The notes: generated by a model not told the origin, from the letters alone. Positions 26,231-38,882 are shown, counted from the stretch's first letter. The stretch is 61,173 bases of DNA from Erysipelotrichaceae bacterium (GCA_012518455.1 JAAYSA010000050.1:1-61173); one strand, 5' to 3'. Numbers and translations: made by a program.

Positions 26231-28503
26231 TGATTAAAGTAGCACTTGCGGGTCAACCAAACAGCGGCAAAACGACCCTTTTTAATATTCTTACGGGTGC
26301 TCGTGCACATGTTGGTAACTGGCCTGGTGTAACAGTTGAAAAACGTGAGGGATTATATAGAAAAGACCGAACTAATGAAGCAATCTCAATCGTTGACCTA
26401 CCAGGTATTTACTCACTTTCTCCTTATACAACTGAGGAAATTATTTCTCGTGATTATTTATTAGGGAAAAACTGTGACATTATTATTAACATCATTGACT
26501 CAACAACACTAGAAAGAAGTTTATATTTAACTACTCAACTATTAGAAACAAATATTCCGCTTGTTATAGCACTTAATATGAGTGATGAACTTCAAAAAAG
26601 TGGAAAGCAAATTGATGTTAAATTACTTGAAAAGCGTTTAGGAGTTCCCGTTATTTCGATTTCTGCTCTTCGTGAAGAAGGAATTAATGAGCTTATTGAA
26701 GCAGTTAGAAAAAACGCTAAAAAGAAAAGAAAAGCACGAACAGTTCTCGAAAATAGCGAAATCAGTGAAACGATTAACTTGCTTGAAGAAAATTTTAGGA
26801 GCAATGAAGTCGTTGAACCTCTATTTCATGCTATTAAACTTCTAGAAAACGACGAATATGAAATAAAAAAGCATCCAGAAGCACTAAAGTTTCTTAAAAA
26901 TAGCGAATTTAAGTTCACTTCTACTACTTTTAATGATGATGTAGAAGCTTTTATCGCTGATGCAAGATATCGTTGGATTGTTACCAATTTAGAAGGTGTT
27001 GTTTCCAATGTCACTAAAGAGGAAACTACACCAAGTAAAAAGAAACGTAAATTAAGCCGTACTGGTTTAGCTGATAAAATTCTTACACATCGCATATTCG
27101 GTATTCCAATCTTTATAGCGATTGTATTTATTATTTTCCATCTTACATTTTCTGAAAATTTCCTTTTCATTGGCGGTCTTCTTGGTGAAGATTTTGTAAC
27201 TCTACCTGGAACTGCATTTGAAGGTGTATTTGGTGAGGGGGGTATAAATTCACCTGGTGTAATTTTATTTAACCTACTAGAATTAGCTTGTAATAGCATC
27301 TCAGATGGATTAGCAAGTATTTATAAGGGTCCAGAGTGGCTAGGAGGCCTTTTATTTGATGGTATCTTGGCAGGTGTTTTTGCTGTTTTATCGTTTTTAC
27401 CACAAATTATTGTTTTATACTTCTTCATTTCCCTTCTTGAAGATACTGGTTATATGGCGCGAGTCGCCTTTAATTTAGATCGTATATTCCGAAAATTTGG
27501 TCTTTCTGGTCGCTCAATCATCCCAATGCTTATGGGCTTTGGTTGTTCGATACCTGCAATGATTAATGCAAGAACACTAAAAAGCGAACATGAACGAGTT
27601 GCAACAATTAGAGTCATTCCATTCTTTAGTTGCGGTACTAAAGCTCCGATTCTACTCGCGGTTTCAGGTGGGATTGTCCAATATTTTGGCGTAGGAAATG
27701 TTGATGTAATCGTCTTTTCAATGTATGCAATTGGTGTTGTTTTAGCAATGATTACTGCAATTATTATGCGTAAAACAATGTTAAAAGGCGAAACTACACC
27801 ATTTATTATGGAATTACCGCCATATCGCGTACCAAAAGCAAAAGCTTTATTTATACATCTATACGATAAGGCCAAACACTTTGTTAAAAAAGCCTTTACT
27901 ATTATTCTTGTTTCTTCAGTTGTAGTATGGTTTTTAGCTCACTTTAGTTTCAATTGGGAGTTCTTAGAAGACAGCCAAATTGAACAAAGTATTTTAATGA
28001 ATGTTGCCCAATTAGTACGACCTTTATTTACTCCTTTAGGTTTTGGTAGCCAACTTACAAAATACGGGTGGGTCTTTATTGCTGCAGCTGTAACAGGCTT
28101 AATTGCTAAAGAAAATGCAATTGGAACATTTGGAACAATTGCTGCTTCTTTAGCAGCAGCCGGTTTAATTACCATTGGTGGAGATAGCGATGTCGATAGT
28201 GTAACGGCGATGATTCAGTTAACTAACATTAACTTACCTGCCTTACTTTCCTTTATCGTTTTTAACATGACTACTATTCCTTGTATGGCGGCTGTAGCCA
28301 CTGCTAAGGCCGAATTAACGAGAAAACAATTCATAGGAACAATAATATTCTGGTTGGCTGTTTCTTATGTAATTTCAAGTTTCATCTATCTAATCGGTAG
28401 TTGGTGGTGGACATTATTTATTATTCTTGCTATCTTAGGTTTAGCGGTAGTTGGTTATTTCCTTTACCAAAAATACCAAAATAATAAAGTTGCAAGAGTT
28501 TAA
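26230..28503 (+). CDS. feoB: Ferrous iron transporter B
   Basis: N-terminal G domain GQPNSGKTTLFN, DLPG, NMSD; large polytopic C-terminal domain. Confidence 0.93.
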   Translation: MIKVALAGQPNSGKTTLFNILTGARAHVGNWPGVTVEKREGLYRKDRTNEAISIVDLPGIYSLSPYTTEEIISRDYLLGKNCDIIINIIDSTTLERSLYLTTQLLETNIPLVIALNMSDELQKSGKQIDVKLLEKRLGVPVISISALREEGINELIEAVRKNAKKKRKARTVLENSEISETINLLEENFRSNEVVEPLFHAIKLLENDEYEIKKHPEALKFLKNSEFKFTSTTFNDDVEAFIADARYRWIVTNLEGVVSNVTKEETTPSKKKRKLSRTGLADKILTHRIFGIPIFIAIVFIIFHLTFSENFLFIGGLLGEDFVTLPGTAFEGVFGEGGINSPGVILFNLLELACNSISDGLASIYKGPEWLGGLLFDGILAGVFAVLSFLPQIIVLYFFISLLEDTGYMARVAFNLDRIFRKFGLSGRSIIPMLMGFGCSIPAMINARTLKSEHERVATIRVIPFFSCGTKAPILLAVSGGIVQYFGVGNVDVIVFSMYAIGVVLAMITAIIMRKTMLKGETTPFIMELPPYRVPKAKALFIHLYDKAKHFVKKAFTIILVSSVVVWFLAHFSFNWEFLEDSQIEQSILMNVAQLVRPLFTPLGFGSQLTKYGWVFIAAAVTGLIAKENAIGTFGTIAASLAAAGLITIGGDSDVDSVTAMIQLTNINLPALLSFIVFNMTTIPCMAAVATAKAELTRKQFIGTIIFWLAVSYVISSFIYLIGSWWWTLFIILAILGLAVVGYFLYQKYQNNKVARV

Positions 28504-28884
28504 GTGAGTAAGAAAATTTATGAATCCGGCGAGATGTATTTAGAAACAATACTTCGCCTTAAAGAAACACAAGAAACAGTTCGATTTGTTGATATTGTTA
28601 AAGAAACAAAAAAGGCAAAATCAACTGTTTCACAAGCTTTAACTGAATTAAAAACAAAAAGTTTTCTTAAAGAAGGTCCTAACGGCGAACTTCTTCTAAC
28701 CAAAAAAGGGAGAAAAGTCGCTGAAGACATATATGAAAAACACTGCATATTAACTGAGTTTTTCATTAAACTCGGTGTAGATCCTCGTATAGCAGAGGAA
28801 GATTCTTGTAAGTTTGAACACGATATTAGTGAGGAAACTTTTCAAGCCATCAAAAAAGCATTAGAAAAAGGCGAGCCTCTATAG
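28504..28884 (+). CDS. DtxR/MntR-family metal-dependent transcriptional regulator (short form)
   Basis: GTG start directly after feoB stop; GEMYLETIL, w[13 protein letters not shown] metal-site region. Confidence 0.78.
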   Translation: MSKKIYESGEMYLETILRLKETQETVRFVDIVKETKKAKSTVSQALTELKTKSFLKEGPNGELLLTKKGRKVAEDIYEKHCILTEFFIKLGVDPRIAEEDSCKFEHDISEETFQAIKKALEKGEPL

Positions 28885-29766
28885 AGAGTCTCGCCAATTT
28901 TTATTAAATTGCTTTGCCCTTAACATAGCAATCTCCGCCTTATACGGCGGTTTTTTATCATAATATGGTGTTTCTAGTATTTTAGGAACATGCGCTAGTA
29001 AGGGATGATGAACATATTTACTAATTGTTTCAAAACCAATCGTTCCATAGCCAAGATTTTCATGACGGTCTTTTCTTGCTCCTCGTTCATTTTTACTATC
29101 GTTAACATGAACAACTCTTAAACGCTCTAAGCCAATTACTTCATCAAATTCTTTAAGTACTTCATCAACTTTAGTTACATCATATCCTGCATCACTAATA
29201 TGACAAGTATCTAAACATACACCGAGTCGTTCGGGCCTATCAACATTGTCGATGATATGACGAATATGTTCGAATTTATAGCCAATTTCACTGCCTTTTC
29301 CTGCCATTGTTTCAAGGGCAATAATTACATCATCATTATTATCATTTGCTAAGACTTCGTTTAAACCTTTGATAATTTGTTTTAATCCTTCCTCTTCACC
29401 TGCTCCAACATGAGAACCAGGATGTAAAACGAGGGTTTTAATACCAAAGTCAGCAACTCTTTGTAATTCTTTCTTTAAAAAATCGACTGCTAGTTCAGCT
29501 GTACTTGGGTTAAGTGAATTACCTAAATTAATAATGTATGGTGCATGAGCGATAATATGATTGCTATTCATGCCACTTTTTTTAAGTGCTTCTTTACCTT
29601 TATTAATATTTAGCCGTTCAGTAGGTAAACGGTAACTATTTTGTGGGGCTCCTGTATAAATCATGAAAGTATTCGCACCATAAGAGAGTGCTTCATTAAC
29701 TGAGCCTAAATAATAATCTGGGCTACTTAAAGAGACATGGCAGCCTAAAATAAATTCTTTATTCAT
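28879..29766 (-). CDS. nfo: Endonuclease IV
   Basis: [31 protein letters not shown]-barrel AP endonuclease motifs. Confidence 0.92.
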   Translation of the reverse strand: MNKEFILGCHVSLSSPDYYLGSVNEALSYGANTFMIYTGAPQNSYRLPTERLNINKGKEALKKSGMNSNHIIAHAPYIINLGNSLNPSTAELAVDFLKKELQRVADFGIKTLVLHPGSHVGAGEEEGLKQIIKGLNEVLANDNNDDVIIALETMAGKGSEIGYKFEHIRHIIDNVDRPERLGVCLDTCHISDAGYDVTKVDEVLKEFDEVIGLERLRVVHVNDSKNERGARKDRHENLGYGTIGFETISKYVHHPLLAHVPKILETPYYDKKPPYKAEIAMLRAKQFNKNWRDSL

Positions 29767-29767
29767 T

Positions 29768-31117
29768 TTAAGATCCTTTCTTATACTTTTCGCGTCTTTG
29801 TCGTTGAATATCTTTTTTTATCATTTCTCTTCGATGACGTCTTTTTACTTTATCGACAGCTTGTTTTACTTTCTTTTTATAACCAGGTTTAACAACATTC
29901 GAGCGAGTTCTTGCGATTGTACGTTGTATTTTATTATCAAGTTCTTTTTGGGAATCTGTTTTTATTCTAGTTTTTGGCTTTTCAATTTCAGTTTCAATAA
30001 ATGTTCCTTTACTAAAGCGTAAAACATTAAAACTTACACCAAAAGATTCAAGTTTTTCAACAGTTTTTAAACTATCGTGATCATAAAAGGAAAAGCAATC
30101 CCCTTCTTGATCAAAACGGCCAGTTCTTCCTGCACGATGGAAATAAAATGCATGATCTCGTGGGAAATTAACATTAAGAACATCGCTAATATTTGGAATA
30201 TCTATCCCACGAGCGGCAATATCACTTGCAACTATTATTCTAAATTCATCATTACGTATTCTTCTAAGCATTTGTTTTCGTTCGCGTGGAGTTAAATTAC
30301 CATGTAAAATGCCACATTTTATTCCGCTATTTACTAAATACTTATATAAATTATCAACTTCTTCGACTTCAGAACAGAAAATTAAAAGTAAATAAGGATT
30401 ACGCCATTTAATAAAATCACGAACAATTTCAAAACGATTTTGATGATGAACGTCAATCAAATGATGTTTAACACGTTCACTAGTTTGATAGATGTCACTC
30501 ATTTCGATAATATGTGAAGAGCCAACATAACGCTCAATAATCGAATTTAGAGTTTTTGGAATAGTTGCAGAAAAGATCATTATTTGTGGACTATCTAGTT
30601 GAAGCAATATTTCATTTACAATTGGTAAAAACCCTGAATCCATAAGCATATCAGCTTCATCTAATACTAGTGTTTTTACGGTTCGAAGAGTAATAACGCT
30701 ATTCACAAATCCTACATCTTTTAGGCGACCAGGTGTTGCGATTATAAGTTGGGGGCCTAAAGACATTTGAGCGATGTTACGAGTTTTTTCAATGCCTCCA
30801 GCAAGAAGTAAAATGCGGAAATTTCCTAATTTTTGATTAATTTCAGTTGCAAAATCATAGATTTGTTTAGCTAGTTCTCTTGTAGGAGCAAGAATTATTG
30901 CTTGAACCTCATTAATATCAACATTTAATTTATTTAAAATTGGAACTAAAAAAGCATGTGTCTTGCCTGATCCTGTTTCTGAACGTGCTAAAAGAGATTC
31001 ACCGCGTAGGGCGATTGGAATCACTTTTTCTTGTACAGGTGCTAGATTTATATAACCTAGTTCAGCTAAAACTTCGACAAGTTCTGTTTTTAAATTAAAT
31101 TGCTTAAATAACGCCAT
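29768..31117 (-). CDS. cshB: DEAD-box ATP-dependent RNA helicase (CshB-like) with basic C-terminal tail
   Basis: Q motif [29 protein letters not shown]; cshB-nfo adjacency as in B. subtilis. Confidence 0.85.
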   Translation of the reverse strand: MALFKQFNLKTELVEVLAELGYINLAPVQEKVIPIALRGESLLARSETGSGKTHAFLVPILNKLNVDINEVQAIILAPTRELAKQIYDFATEINQKLGNFRILLLAGGIEKTRNIAQMSLGPQLIIATPGRLKDVGFVNSVITLRTVKTLVLDEADMLMDSGFLPIVNEILLQLDSPQIMIFSATIPKTLNSIIERYVGSSHIIEMSDIYQTSERVKHHLIDVHHQNRFEIVRDFIKWRNPYLLLIFCSEVEEVDNLYKYLVNSGIKCGILHGNLTPRERKQMLRRIRNDEFRIIVASDIAARGIDIPNISDVLNVNFPRDHAFYFHRAGRTGRFDQEGDCFSFYDHDSLKTVEKLESFGVSFNVLRFSKGTFIETEIEKPKTRIKTDSQKELDNKIQRTIARTRSNVVKPGYKKKVKQAVDKVKRRHRREMIKKDIQRQRREKYKKGS

Positions 31118-31171
31118 CTTTTCCTCAACCGTTATTATACTATAAAATGGTGTTTTTGTGTTATTATATGC

Positions 31172-32053
31172 ATGAGGAAGACTATGAGATTATTTGTTAC
31201 AAAACCACAAGGATATTGCTTTGGAGTAACAAGGGCAATTGACCTAGCATTAAAGGTTAGGAGTGATTTTCCTAATGCAAAAATAACCGTTGTTGGAATG
31301 TTAGTTCATAATGACGAGGTCACAAAACTACTTGAATATAACCAAATATCTACTAAAAAAGGACTTAAGCACAAATTAATTGACTTTTTAAGAAATGTTG
31401 ACCCATCAACTCATCTTATTTTCACTGCTCATGGTCATCCTGTTGAATTTAATAAAATTGCACATGAAAGAAACTTAATTATTCATGATGCAACTTGTAA
31501 AATGGTTCAATTAAGTCTAGATAAAATCAAAGAAAACCTCTTAAGTGGTCATCAAGTTATATATATTGGTAAAAAAGGTCACCCCGAAGTTGAGGCTGCT
31601 CTTTCAATTAGTAATAACATCTTCTTATATACAAATAATAAGGATTTTGATTTTTCAAAAATTACTGATGAATCACCTTATGTAATTAATCAAACTACTC
31701 TATCCATTTTTGAAATACAATCATATCATCAAAGAATTATGCAAAGAATACCTGGTGCAAGAATCGTTGATGAGATTTGTAACGCCACAAGACTTCGTCA
31801 AGAAGCTGTAATGAAAATACCTGGAGAAGTTGATCTTATTTATATTGTCGGCGGTGATCAATCAAGTAATACTGCTAAGTTAGTAGAAATTGCTAAATTA
31901 ACTCATCCAGACAGTATTGTAAAACGAATAAAAACGGTCGCTGACATTGATGTCAACGACCTAAAAGCTGTGACTTATATAGGAATTTCAAGTGGAGCTT
32001 CTACTCCACCTCATTTAGTTGATGAAATTATCCACTTTTTAGAAGGTTTTTAA
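31172..32053 (+). CDS. ispH: 4-hydroxy-3-methylbut-2-enyl diphosphate reductase
   Basis: GYCFGVTRAI, TAHGHP, ATCKMV, NQTT, ICNATRLRQ, SSNT motifs; alternative start ATG 31184. Confidence 0.92.
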   Translation: MRKTMRLFVTKPQGYCFGVTRAIDLALKVRSDFPNAKITVVGMLVHNDEVTKLLEYNQISTKKGLKHKLIDFLRNVDPSTHLIFTAHGHPVEFNKIAHERNLIIHDATCKMVQLSLDKIKENLLSGHQVIYIGKKGHPEVEAALSISNNIFLYTNNKDFDFSKITDESPYVINQTTLSIFEIQSYHQRIMQRIPGARIVDEICNATRLRQEAVMKIPGEVDLIYIVGGDQSSNTAKLVEIAKLTHPDSIVKRIKTVADIDVNDLKAVTYIGISSGASTPPHLVDEIIHFLEGF

Positions 32054-32826
32054 GCCTTAATTACCTTTGGAGGTATTTCATGGATAATTGTTTTAATTTT
32101 AAGTGTTGGATCAAAATCTAATAGCACTTTTTTTAGTTGTTCCATAAAAATATTTTCGATTTCATGTGGTAAATCTAGATAATTGTAATTTGCTAATTCA
32201 ATGTCTCTTCTTACATAATGAGGTGCATCACCACTAATAAAAAGGTCATAACCTTCTTCTTTTGCTACCTTCCAGGAGCGACTACCTGCGCCACCTACAA
32301 TTGCAACTGATTTAATTGATTGCTCTCCTTTATCAATCAATAAACCATACGGAACATTAAGAACTCTAGTAGCAAAACTAGCAAATTCAGCGATTTTAAG
32401 TGGTTCTTTTAGTTCGCCACCTCTTGCCATTGGATTATTTTCTAAGGGTCGAATATTAATTAATTCTAACTTTTCTGCAAGTGCATCGTTCATACCTTGT
32501 TTTCCGCTATCAAAATTAGTATGTAGAGAATAAACAGGTAGGTTAATTTCATCTAAATACAATGCGAATTCTTTCTTATCTTCGTCTTTTTTAAAGACTT
32601 GAAAGCGTGTTCCATAAATAAAGGAATGATGAGTAAAGACAATATCTGGTTTAAAGTCTAACACTTCTTCAATAATTGAGCGATCTAAATCTAGGCAAAT
32701 GACAATTCGTTCAATTTTTTCGGGTAACCTGCCAGTCATTAAACCAACAAAATCATGATTTTCTTTTGCAATTCGTTTTGGATAAAGTTTTCCAAAGTAT
32801 CTAAGCAATTTTCTTGTTTCAATCAT
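32050..32826 (-). CDS. yqfO: Nif3-family dinuclear metal center protein (YqfO, short form)
   Basis: FTHHSFIY, SLHTNFD, C-terminal HEIE; position next to trmK. Confidence 0.8.
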   Translation of the reverse strand: MIETRKLLRYFGKLYPKRIAKENHDFVGLMTGRLPEKIERIVICLDLDRSIIEEVLDFKPDIVFTHHSFIYGTRFQVFKKDEDKKEFALYLDEINLPVYSLHTNFDSGKQGMNDALAEKLELINIRPLENNPMARGGELKEPLKIAEFASFATRVLNVPYGLLIDKGEQSIKSVAIVGGAGSRSWKVAKEEGYDLFISGDAPHYVRRDIELANYNYLDLPHEIENIFMEQLKKVLLDFDPTLKIKTIIHEIPPKVIKA

Positions 32827-33476
32827 AAGATATTTTTTATCCTTTCTTGTTCTGCAATTATCTCGAGTCTTCGATGGGGAGGTAATTCCTCTTGTTTAAG
32901 CAAAGCTACGTTTCTGAGATAGATTTTCTTCCATTTTTCTTTAAAAGCAGGAGTTTTTTTACGAATATTAATCGGGCCAAATTCAGTTTCAAGGTTACAT
33001 ACTGGACAAGCTGCATTGATTGCGACAATAATTTCATAAAAATGACGACCTTCTTTTACAACTTCTTCATCAATAATCATAAATCCTAAAAATGATAGCA
33101 TCTTTCTAACACTAGGCTCACTGTTATTAGGTGCAAGAATTAATTTTTTTATATTATCTAGTTTTTCTTTCCCTTTTGATAATATTTCACAAAGAAGCTC
33201 ACCGCCTAAACCTGCGATTACAAGAGTATTTACTTTCTTTGGTAGACGGTCTAGGCCATCTCGAAGAGCTGTTTTAATAACTTTTTCTAGATTCGCTTCT
33301 TTAACTTTTTTATTTAAATTATCAAAAGGTCCTTTTTTATTATCACTTGCATAAACATATTTGTGCCCGTGCAATGCCAAAAAGATAGGCAGCTGACCGC
33401 TGTCGGTACCGATATCGCCAACTACATCTTCTGGTTCAATAAATTGGGAAATTATTTTCAAACGTCTTGATAACAT
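32823..33476 (-). CDS. trmK: tRNA (adenine22-N1)-methyltransferase
   Basis: LSRRLKIISQFI, DIGTDSGQLPIFL, IAGLGG motifs; sigA-trmK-yqfO order. Confidence 0.85.
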   Translation of the reverse strand: MLSRRLKIISQFIEPEDVVGDIGTDSGQLPIFLALHGHKYVYASDNKKGPFDNLNKKVKEANLEKVIKTALRDGLDRLPKKVNTLVIAGLGGELLCEILSKGKEKLDNIKKLILAPNNSEPSVRKMLSFLGFMIIDEEVVKEGRHFYEIIVAINAACPVCNLETEFGPINIRKKTPAFKEKWKKIYLRNVALLKQEELPPHRRLEIIAEQERIKNIL

Positions 33477-34819
33477 TAATCTTTCTCATGATAATCAGCT
33501 AATCTACGACTACGATTTGGATGACGTAGTTTTCTAATTGCTTTTGCTTCAATTTGTCGAATTCTCTCACGGGTAACGCCAAATTCTCGACCTACTTCTT
33601 CTAAAGTACGAGGTTTATTGTCATCTAAGCCATAACGTAGACGTAAAACACGTTCCTCACGTGGAGTTAAATCTTGCATAACTTGATATAATTCATCATT
33701 TAAAAGTGATGTTCTTGTAAACTCGGTTGGACTTTCAACTTCTTTATCTTCAACAAAATCACCTAAATAAGAGTTGTTTTCGTCTCCAATTGGAGTTTCT
33801 AGACTTACCGGCTCCATCGCTATTTGTTGAATTTCACGAATTCTTGCTGGAGTCATTTTTTCATCATCAAGTGCTTTGCTTATTTCTTCTGGTGTTGCTT
33901 CTCGGCCAAGTTCTTGCGTTAATTTGCGTTGAGTACGACTAATTTTATTAATCGTTTCAACCATATGAACAGGGATTCTAATTGAGCGGCCTTGGTCTGC
34001 AATAGCACGAGTAATTGATTGTCTAATCCACCAAGTAGCATAAGTTGAAAACTTATAACCCTTCTTATAATCGAACTTTTCTACCGCTTTAATTAGTCCA
34101 ATATTACCTTCTTGGATTAAATCTAGAAACTGCATATTAGCGTGGCTATAGCGTTTAGCAATACTAACAACAAGGCGAAGGTTACTACTAATTAATTCAT
34201 CTTTTGCACTTAAATCACCATCTTCATGATAGGCTTTAGCTAATGCTTGTTCTTCATCTTGCTTTAAAAGTTCATAATTACCAATTTGACGAAGGTACAT
34301 TTTTACTGAATCGCTTACATTAATATCATTACGTGGTTGTTGCCTAATTTTTTTTTGACTAATTTCTTCAACATGTTCGTCTTCTTCGTCTTCAGAGTCG
34401 AACATTTCATCATACATTTCATCTTCTTCGCTAGTTTCACTTATTTTCTTTTCGATTTCTTCTTCGCTAATATTTTCATCATCAAGATCATCATCATATT
34501 CATCATCAAACTCACCAGTTACAATATCAATTTTCTTTTTTTTGAAAAATTCAACTAATTCATTTAAATCATCGTCATCAAAACTATATTTTCTAAAAGC
34601 GTCAAAAATTTCATCTTGTTCAAGATAACCATTCTTTTTACCGCGTTTTACGAGACGATCTTTGATTTTTTGAATTTCGTTTTTATCATCCTCTTCATCA
34701 TCGAAATTAGGAATTTCAAAATCTTCCTCATCTTCGTCATCAAATTTAACTGTTTCTTCTTCGATATCTATTAATTTTTCATCTTGCTCTTTTAGAGTCT
34801 TTTTTTCTTTTTTGGCCAT
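33476..34819 (-). CDS. sigA: RNA polymerase primary sigma factor with long acidic N-terminal region
   Basis: Regions 2-4: [45 protein letters not shown]. Confidence 0.95.
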   Translation of the reverse strand: MAKKEKKTLKEQDEKLIDIEEETVKFDDEDEEDFEIPNFDDEEDDKNEIQKIKDRLVKRGKKNGYLEQDEIFDAFRKYSFDDDDLNELVEFFKKKKIDIVTGEFDDEYDDDLDDENISEEEIEKKISETSEEDEMYDEMFDSEDEEDEHVEEISQKKIRQQPRNDINVSDSVKMYLRQIGNYELLKQDEEQALAKAYHEDGDLSAKDELISSNLRLVVSIAKRYSHANMQFLDLIQEGNIGLIKAVEKFDYKKGYKFSTYATWWIRQSITRAIADQGRSIRIPVHMVETINKISRTQRKLTQELGREATPEEISKALDDEKMTPARIREIQQIAMEPVSLETPIGDENNSYLGDFVEDKEVESPTEFTRTSLLNDELYQVMQDLTPREERVLRLRYGLDDNKPRTLEEVGREFGVTRERIRQIEAKAIRKLRHPNRSRRLADYHEKD

Positions 34820-36648
34820 TAGTTAGAACCTCCTTTTGCATCCTTTGCTTTTTTATTCAAGCGTTCCCTACGTTGTTTTCGTAAATGTTCCGCTAAAATT
34901 GCTTTTTCTATTGGGTCACTAGTTTGTGATAGAACCTCTTCTTCAATAATTTTGACTTTATATGATTCTTTTTCTTCGTTAATTGCTCGAAGAGCATCAT
35001 TAAGTTTATTTTGATTAAATGATTTTGTTTTATCATTTTCTTCTAAATACATTACTTCATCTTGATAATATTTTTTCCGTTCATCTTCTAATAAACTACT
35101 ATTTAAATAGTTATATATATTAGCGTATACATGTTCATCATCTTCTTTTTTTACAATTGTTAAATATTGCGCGATATATTGATAAAAATCATTAATGAAT
35201 GTTTTAACATTTGCGTTATAAAATTTAACGGCTTCAGGAAAATGAATCATTTGATATAAAATTGTTTGTTCAGCAAGTTGAAGTTTTGATATTTCGCGTT
35301 TAGTGAGCAATCTATCATCAACTTTTATTGCTCTTTCATATTTTTGATCTCGTTCTTGCCGATTTTTGTAAGCTGCAACTTCAGCCTCTAACGTCGAACG
35401 GCCAAAATTAGTGATCTTAACGAGTTTATTTAAATAATCATCGATATCAAGTAGTGATTTTAGATTTGCAATCGTTGGTAGAAGGCTATTAACAAAGTCT
35501 TTTCTTTCTTTTAAATTCGATAATGGATTGTGTTTTAGATAATAATTTAGTGTAAATGTGCTCTTATCAACTAAATTATTTAAAAATCTTACTAATCCTT
35601 CTTTTCCTTCAGCTTTTAAAATATCATCTGGATCACGCTTATCATCTTTATTATCAACGATGGTATATGCTAGATTTGCCTTATCAAGGACTTTTGTCAT
35701 TGCTAAAGTAGCACTTTGGCCTGCATCATCTCCATCAAGGCATAATCTAACTTCAGCATTTAACATACGCAAAAGATTAATATGATCTTTTGTTAGTGCA
35801 GTTCCCATTAGTGCAACAACAGATTCAATCCCAACTTCATTTAAGGCAAAAACATCCATAAATCCTTCTAAAACATATACATAACCAACATTACGTGCAA
35901 TAGATTTAATCCTATGATAGTTATATAAAATGCTAGTTTTATGGAAAACAGGTGTCTCTGGAGAGTTCATGTATTTAGCTGTCTTTTCACCTTGTTTATA
36001 AATTCGACCACTAAAACCAACAACTCTTCCTTCTTGGTCATGAATTGGAAACATTATGCGTCCTTGATTAACATCAAAAGGTTTATCTAACGAACCACCT
36101 AAAATTCCAATATCTTTTATTGTTTTAATACTATGGCCTTTATTTAAAAGATAAGTTATCGTTTCACTACCTGAAATTGATGAAAGCCCAATTCTATATT
36201 TTTTCCGCATATCTTGGTTGATTTTGCGATTTTCTAAATATTTAATCGCCTCATCACCCTCTTTTGTAAGTAAACAAAATTCATAATAAGTTGCTAAGTC
36301 ATTTAAAGCTTTATATAAAGGTTCATTTTTTACATCTTGCGGTGATACATATTTTTCTTTCTCAAAAGCAGGATCAGTAAAATTAACCATATCAGCGATT
36401 CTTCTAGCTGCTTCAAAATAAGAAATCTTTTCAAACTCACTTACAAAGTTAATAGCATTTCCACCCTTGCCACAGACAAAACATTTAAAAATCTGTTTAT
36501 CAGGACTAATTGATAGTGATGGATTAGTGTCATCATGAAAAGGACAAAGTGCAACATAGTTATTACCTTTTTTATTAACGGGAATAAAGCGAGAAATAAT
36601 ATCAACAATATCGATTCTTGCTAATAATCTTGTCGCTGCATCAAACAT
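34819..36648 (-). CDS. dnaG: DNA primase
   Basis: Zinc finger [46 protein letters not shown]; stop overlaps sigA start. Confidence 0.95.
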   Translation of the reverse strand: MFDAATRLLARIDIVDIISRFIPVNKKGNNYVALCPFHDDTNPSLSISPDKQIFKCFVCGKGGNAINFVSEFEKISYFEAARRIADMVNFTDPAFEKEKYVSPQDVKNEPLYKALNDLATYYEFCLLTKEGDEAIKYLENRKINQDMRKKYRIGLSSISGSETITYLLNKGHSIKTIKDIGILGGSLDKPFDVNQGRIMFPIHDQEGRVVGFSGRIYKQGEKTAKYMNSPETPVFHKTSILYNYHRIKSIARNVGYVYVLEGFMDVFALNEVGIESVVALMGTALTKDHINLLRMLNAEVRLCLDGDDAGQSATLAMTKVLDKANLAYTIVDNKDDKRDPDDILKAEGKEGLVRFLNNLVDKSTFTLNYYLKHNPLSNLKERKDFVNSLLPTIANLKSLLDIDDYLNKLVKITNFGRSTLEAEVAAYKNRQERDQKYERAIKVDDRLLTKREISKLQLAEQTILYQMIHFPEAVKFYNANVKTFINDFYQYIAQYLTIVKKEDDEHVYANIYNYLNSSLLEDERKKYYQDEVMYLEENDKTKSFNQNKLNDALRAINEEKESYKVKIIEEEVLSQTSDPIEKAILAEHLRKQRRERLNKKAKDAKGGSN

Positions 36649-36657
36649 ATAGCCTCC

Positions 36658-36701
36658 TTTTCTTTACTATTAAACAACTTGTAAACTACTAAAAATATAC
36701 T
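36658..36701 (-). repeat. 11-bp phased AGTA repeat array (4 units) spanning glyQS stop to dnaG SD
   Basis: Minus strand: AGTATATTTTT AGTAGTTTACA AGTTGTTTAAT AGTAAAGAAAA then GGAGGctatATG. Confidence 0.75.
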
Positions 36702-38062
36702 TTATCGCCAAAATACGCTATTAATTCGTGAATTGGTAATCTAATTTGATCCATCGTGTCTCGATCACGAATGGTAACAGTATTATCTTCTAATGTGTCA
36801 AAATCAACAGTTACGCAGAATGGTGTTCCAATCGCATCTTCTCGTCGATAACGTTTGCCAATACTACCTGTGTCATCGTAGATAACACGGAAGTGTTTGC
36901 TTAATTCATCAAAAAGCTCTAGAGCTTTATCATTAAGTTTCTTACTTAGTGGCAAAATCGCGATTGTATACGGTGCAAGTACCGGATTTAACCGCATAAC
37001 AATGCGAGAATCGTTTTCAAGTTCTTCTACATCATAGGCATCAGTTAATACCATTAATAATAATCGATCAAGGCCAACTGATGGTTCAACGCAGTAAGGA
37101 ATATACTTTTCGTTAGTCGCGGGATCTAAATATTCAAAATTTTCACCACTTTCTTCCATGTGACGTCTTAAGTCATAATCGGTACGATTAGCAATACCCC
37201 ATATTTCACCCCATCCAAAGGGGAACAAATATTCAATATCTGTCGTTGCTTTAGAATAAAACGATAATTCATTCATATCATGGTCTCTAAAACGCAAGTT
37301 TTCTTCTTTAATACCTAAACTTTTCACAAAATCAATGCAAAAATCTTTCCAATATTTAAACCATTCATCATCAGTACCTGGAGCACAGAAAAACTCTAAT
37401 TCCATTTGGGTAAATTCTCTGGTTCTAAAAATAAAATTGCCCGGCGTTATTTCATTTCTAAATGATTTTCCAACATTAGCAATTCCAAAAGGAATCTTTT
37501 TTCTGCTCGTACGTTGCACATTTTTAAAGTTTGTAAATACACCTTGTGCGGTTTCAGGACGGAGATAAACTTCACTTTGATTATCTTCGGTTACGCCAAT
37601 ATGTGTTTTAAACATTAAATTAAACTTACGAATATCTGTAAAATCAGAGGCGCCGCAATTTGGGCATTTAACTTTATTTTCTTTTATAAATGCTGAAATT
37701 TGTTCATCATTCATCGCACTTACTTTAGCTTCAGGAAATTGATCTTCTATAAGTTGATCAGCTCGATGTCTCATGCGACATTTGCGACAATCAATTAATG
37801 GATCATTAAATGTTGTTACGTGACCCGTAGTTCGCCATACGGCAGGATTCATTAAAATGGCTGCATCAACTCCAACATTGTAGCGAGATTCTTGCACAAA
37901 CTTCTTCCACCATAAATTTTTAATGTTTGTTTTTAGTTCAACACCTAAGGGACCATAATCCCATGTATTAGATAAACCACCATAAATTTCAGAACCTTGA
38001 TAAACAAAGCCAGATGTAATTAAATGATTCACAATTGTTTCGAATTCATGCTTCTTTTTCAT
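36689..38062 (-). CDS. glyQS: Glycine--tRNA ligase (homodimeric GlyQS type)
   Basis: 457 aa class II aa[29 protein letters not shown], anticodon-binding C-terminus. Confidence 0.93.
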   Translation of the reverse strand: MKKKHEFETIVNHLITSGFVYQGSEIYGGLSNTWDYGPLGVELKTNIKNLWWKKFVQESRYNVGVDAAILMNPAVWRTTGHVTTFNDPLIDCRKCRMRHRADQLIEDQFPEAKVSAMNDEQISAFIKENKVKCPNCGASDFTDIRKFNLMFKTHIGVTEDNQSEVYLRPETAQGVFTNFKNVQRTSRKKIPFGIANVGKSFRNEITPGNFIFRTREFTQMELEFFCAPGTDDEWFKYWKDFCIDFVKSLGIKEENLRFRDHDMNELSFYSKATTDIEYLFPFGWGEIWGIANRTDYDLRRHMEESGENFEYLDPATNEKYIPYCVEPSVGLDRLLLMVLTDAYDVEELENDSRIVMRLNPVLAPYTIAILPLSKKLNDKALELFDELSKHFRVIYDDTGSIGKRYRREDAIGTPFCVTVDFDTLEDNTVTIRDRDTMDQIRLPIHELIAYFGDKVYF

Positions 38063-38099
38063 ATTATTTCCTCGCTTAAAAAATAAACTATTAAGTAAT

Positions 38100-38129
38100 A
38101 TGATAGTCTAAACATAATTATTCTGTCAA
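38100..38129 (-). promoter_or_regulatory. glyQS promoter TTGACA-18-TATCAT
   Basis: Minus strand TTGACA (38129-38124), TATCAT (38105-38100); leaves only about 30-nt leader. Confidence 0.55.
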
Positions 38130-38162
38130 CCTATTATAAGTGTACTATTTTTAATATTATTT

Positions 38163-38882
38163 TTAAAGATTAAAACTTAGTTTTAAAAGTGGTAAACTTT
38201 GAAAAGTTAAACTAAAAACATCGCTTAAAAATTCAATAATAGTCCTTAAGATTGGTGCCATTTGATCTTCATTAAATTTATTAGAAAACCAATCACTTTC
38301 TTTTTTTACAAATATATTATATAGAGCATTTACATTTACTTCATCTAGTTCGATATCAATTAATTTTTTGCAGTTAACACAAAACAATCCACCTTCTTTA
38401 ATGTTAATTGCAGCTAGATTTTTAAGCGATCCGCAAGTTTGACAACTTGCGAAATTTTGTTCGTATCCACAAATATTTAAAAGATGTAGCGAAAAAATAG
38501 TAGCGATTACAAGTGGCGATTTATCTTCTTCTATATATGAAAGTGCGCTTTTAAAAAACGGATAAATTGATCTTGCTTCATCGTTTTCTTTAATAATTAG
38601 ACGTGTAAGTTCAGCTAGATAATTTAAAACAGTAAGCTTATCAAAATTACTTAACAATTTAGACATATTTAAAAGTGGCTTTGCCCCAACTACAAGTGGG
38701 CCACCTTTTGCATCAATTGTTTCTATATTAATTAGATTACCAATCGTAATAATTGAGGATAGTTTAGCAGTTGGTCTTAAAAGCCCCTTTGCCTTAAAAG
38801 AATAAAAACCATCAGTAGTTATACTAGTGACGATAACATCATATTCTTTATGTGGGACTAGACGAATAACGATTACTTCCAT
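38163..38882 (-). CDS. recO: DNA repair protein RecO
   Basis: 239 aa, OB N-domain, zinc finger CQTCGS...CVNC; era-recO order. Confidence 0.8.
   Translation of the reverse strand: MEVIVIRLVPHKEYDVIVTSITTDGFYSFKAKGLLRPTAKLSSIITIGNLINIETIDAKGGPLVVGAKPLLNMSKLLSNFDKLTVLNYLAELTRLIIKENDEARSIYPFFKSALSYIEEDKSPLVIATIFSLHLLNICGYEQNFASCQTCGSLKNLAAINIKEGGLFCVNCKKLIDIELDEVNVNALYNIFVKKESDWFSNKFNEDQMAPILRTIIEFLSDVFSLTFQSLPLLKLSFNL

Noticed and set aside
26826-27875. Long antisense ORFs (157 aa and 141 aa) inside feoB
   Set aside because: They lie fully inside a well-supported FeoB reading frame. They have no SD, and their composition is typical of the antisense strand of a membrane protein gene.
38063-38162. 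Expected T-box riboswitch upstream of glyQS
   Set aside because: The promoter-to-ATG distance is only about 30-35 nt. There is no specifier loop or T-box sequence, so the leader is too short.
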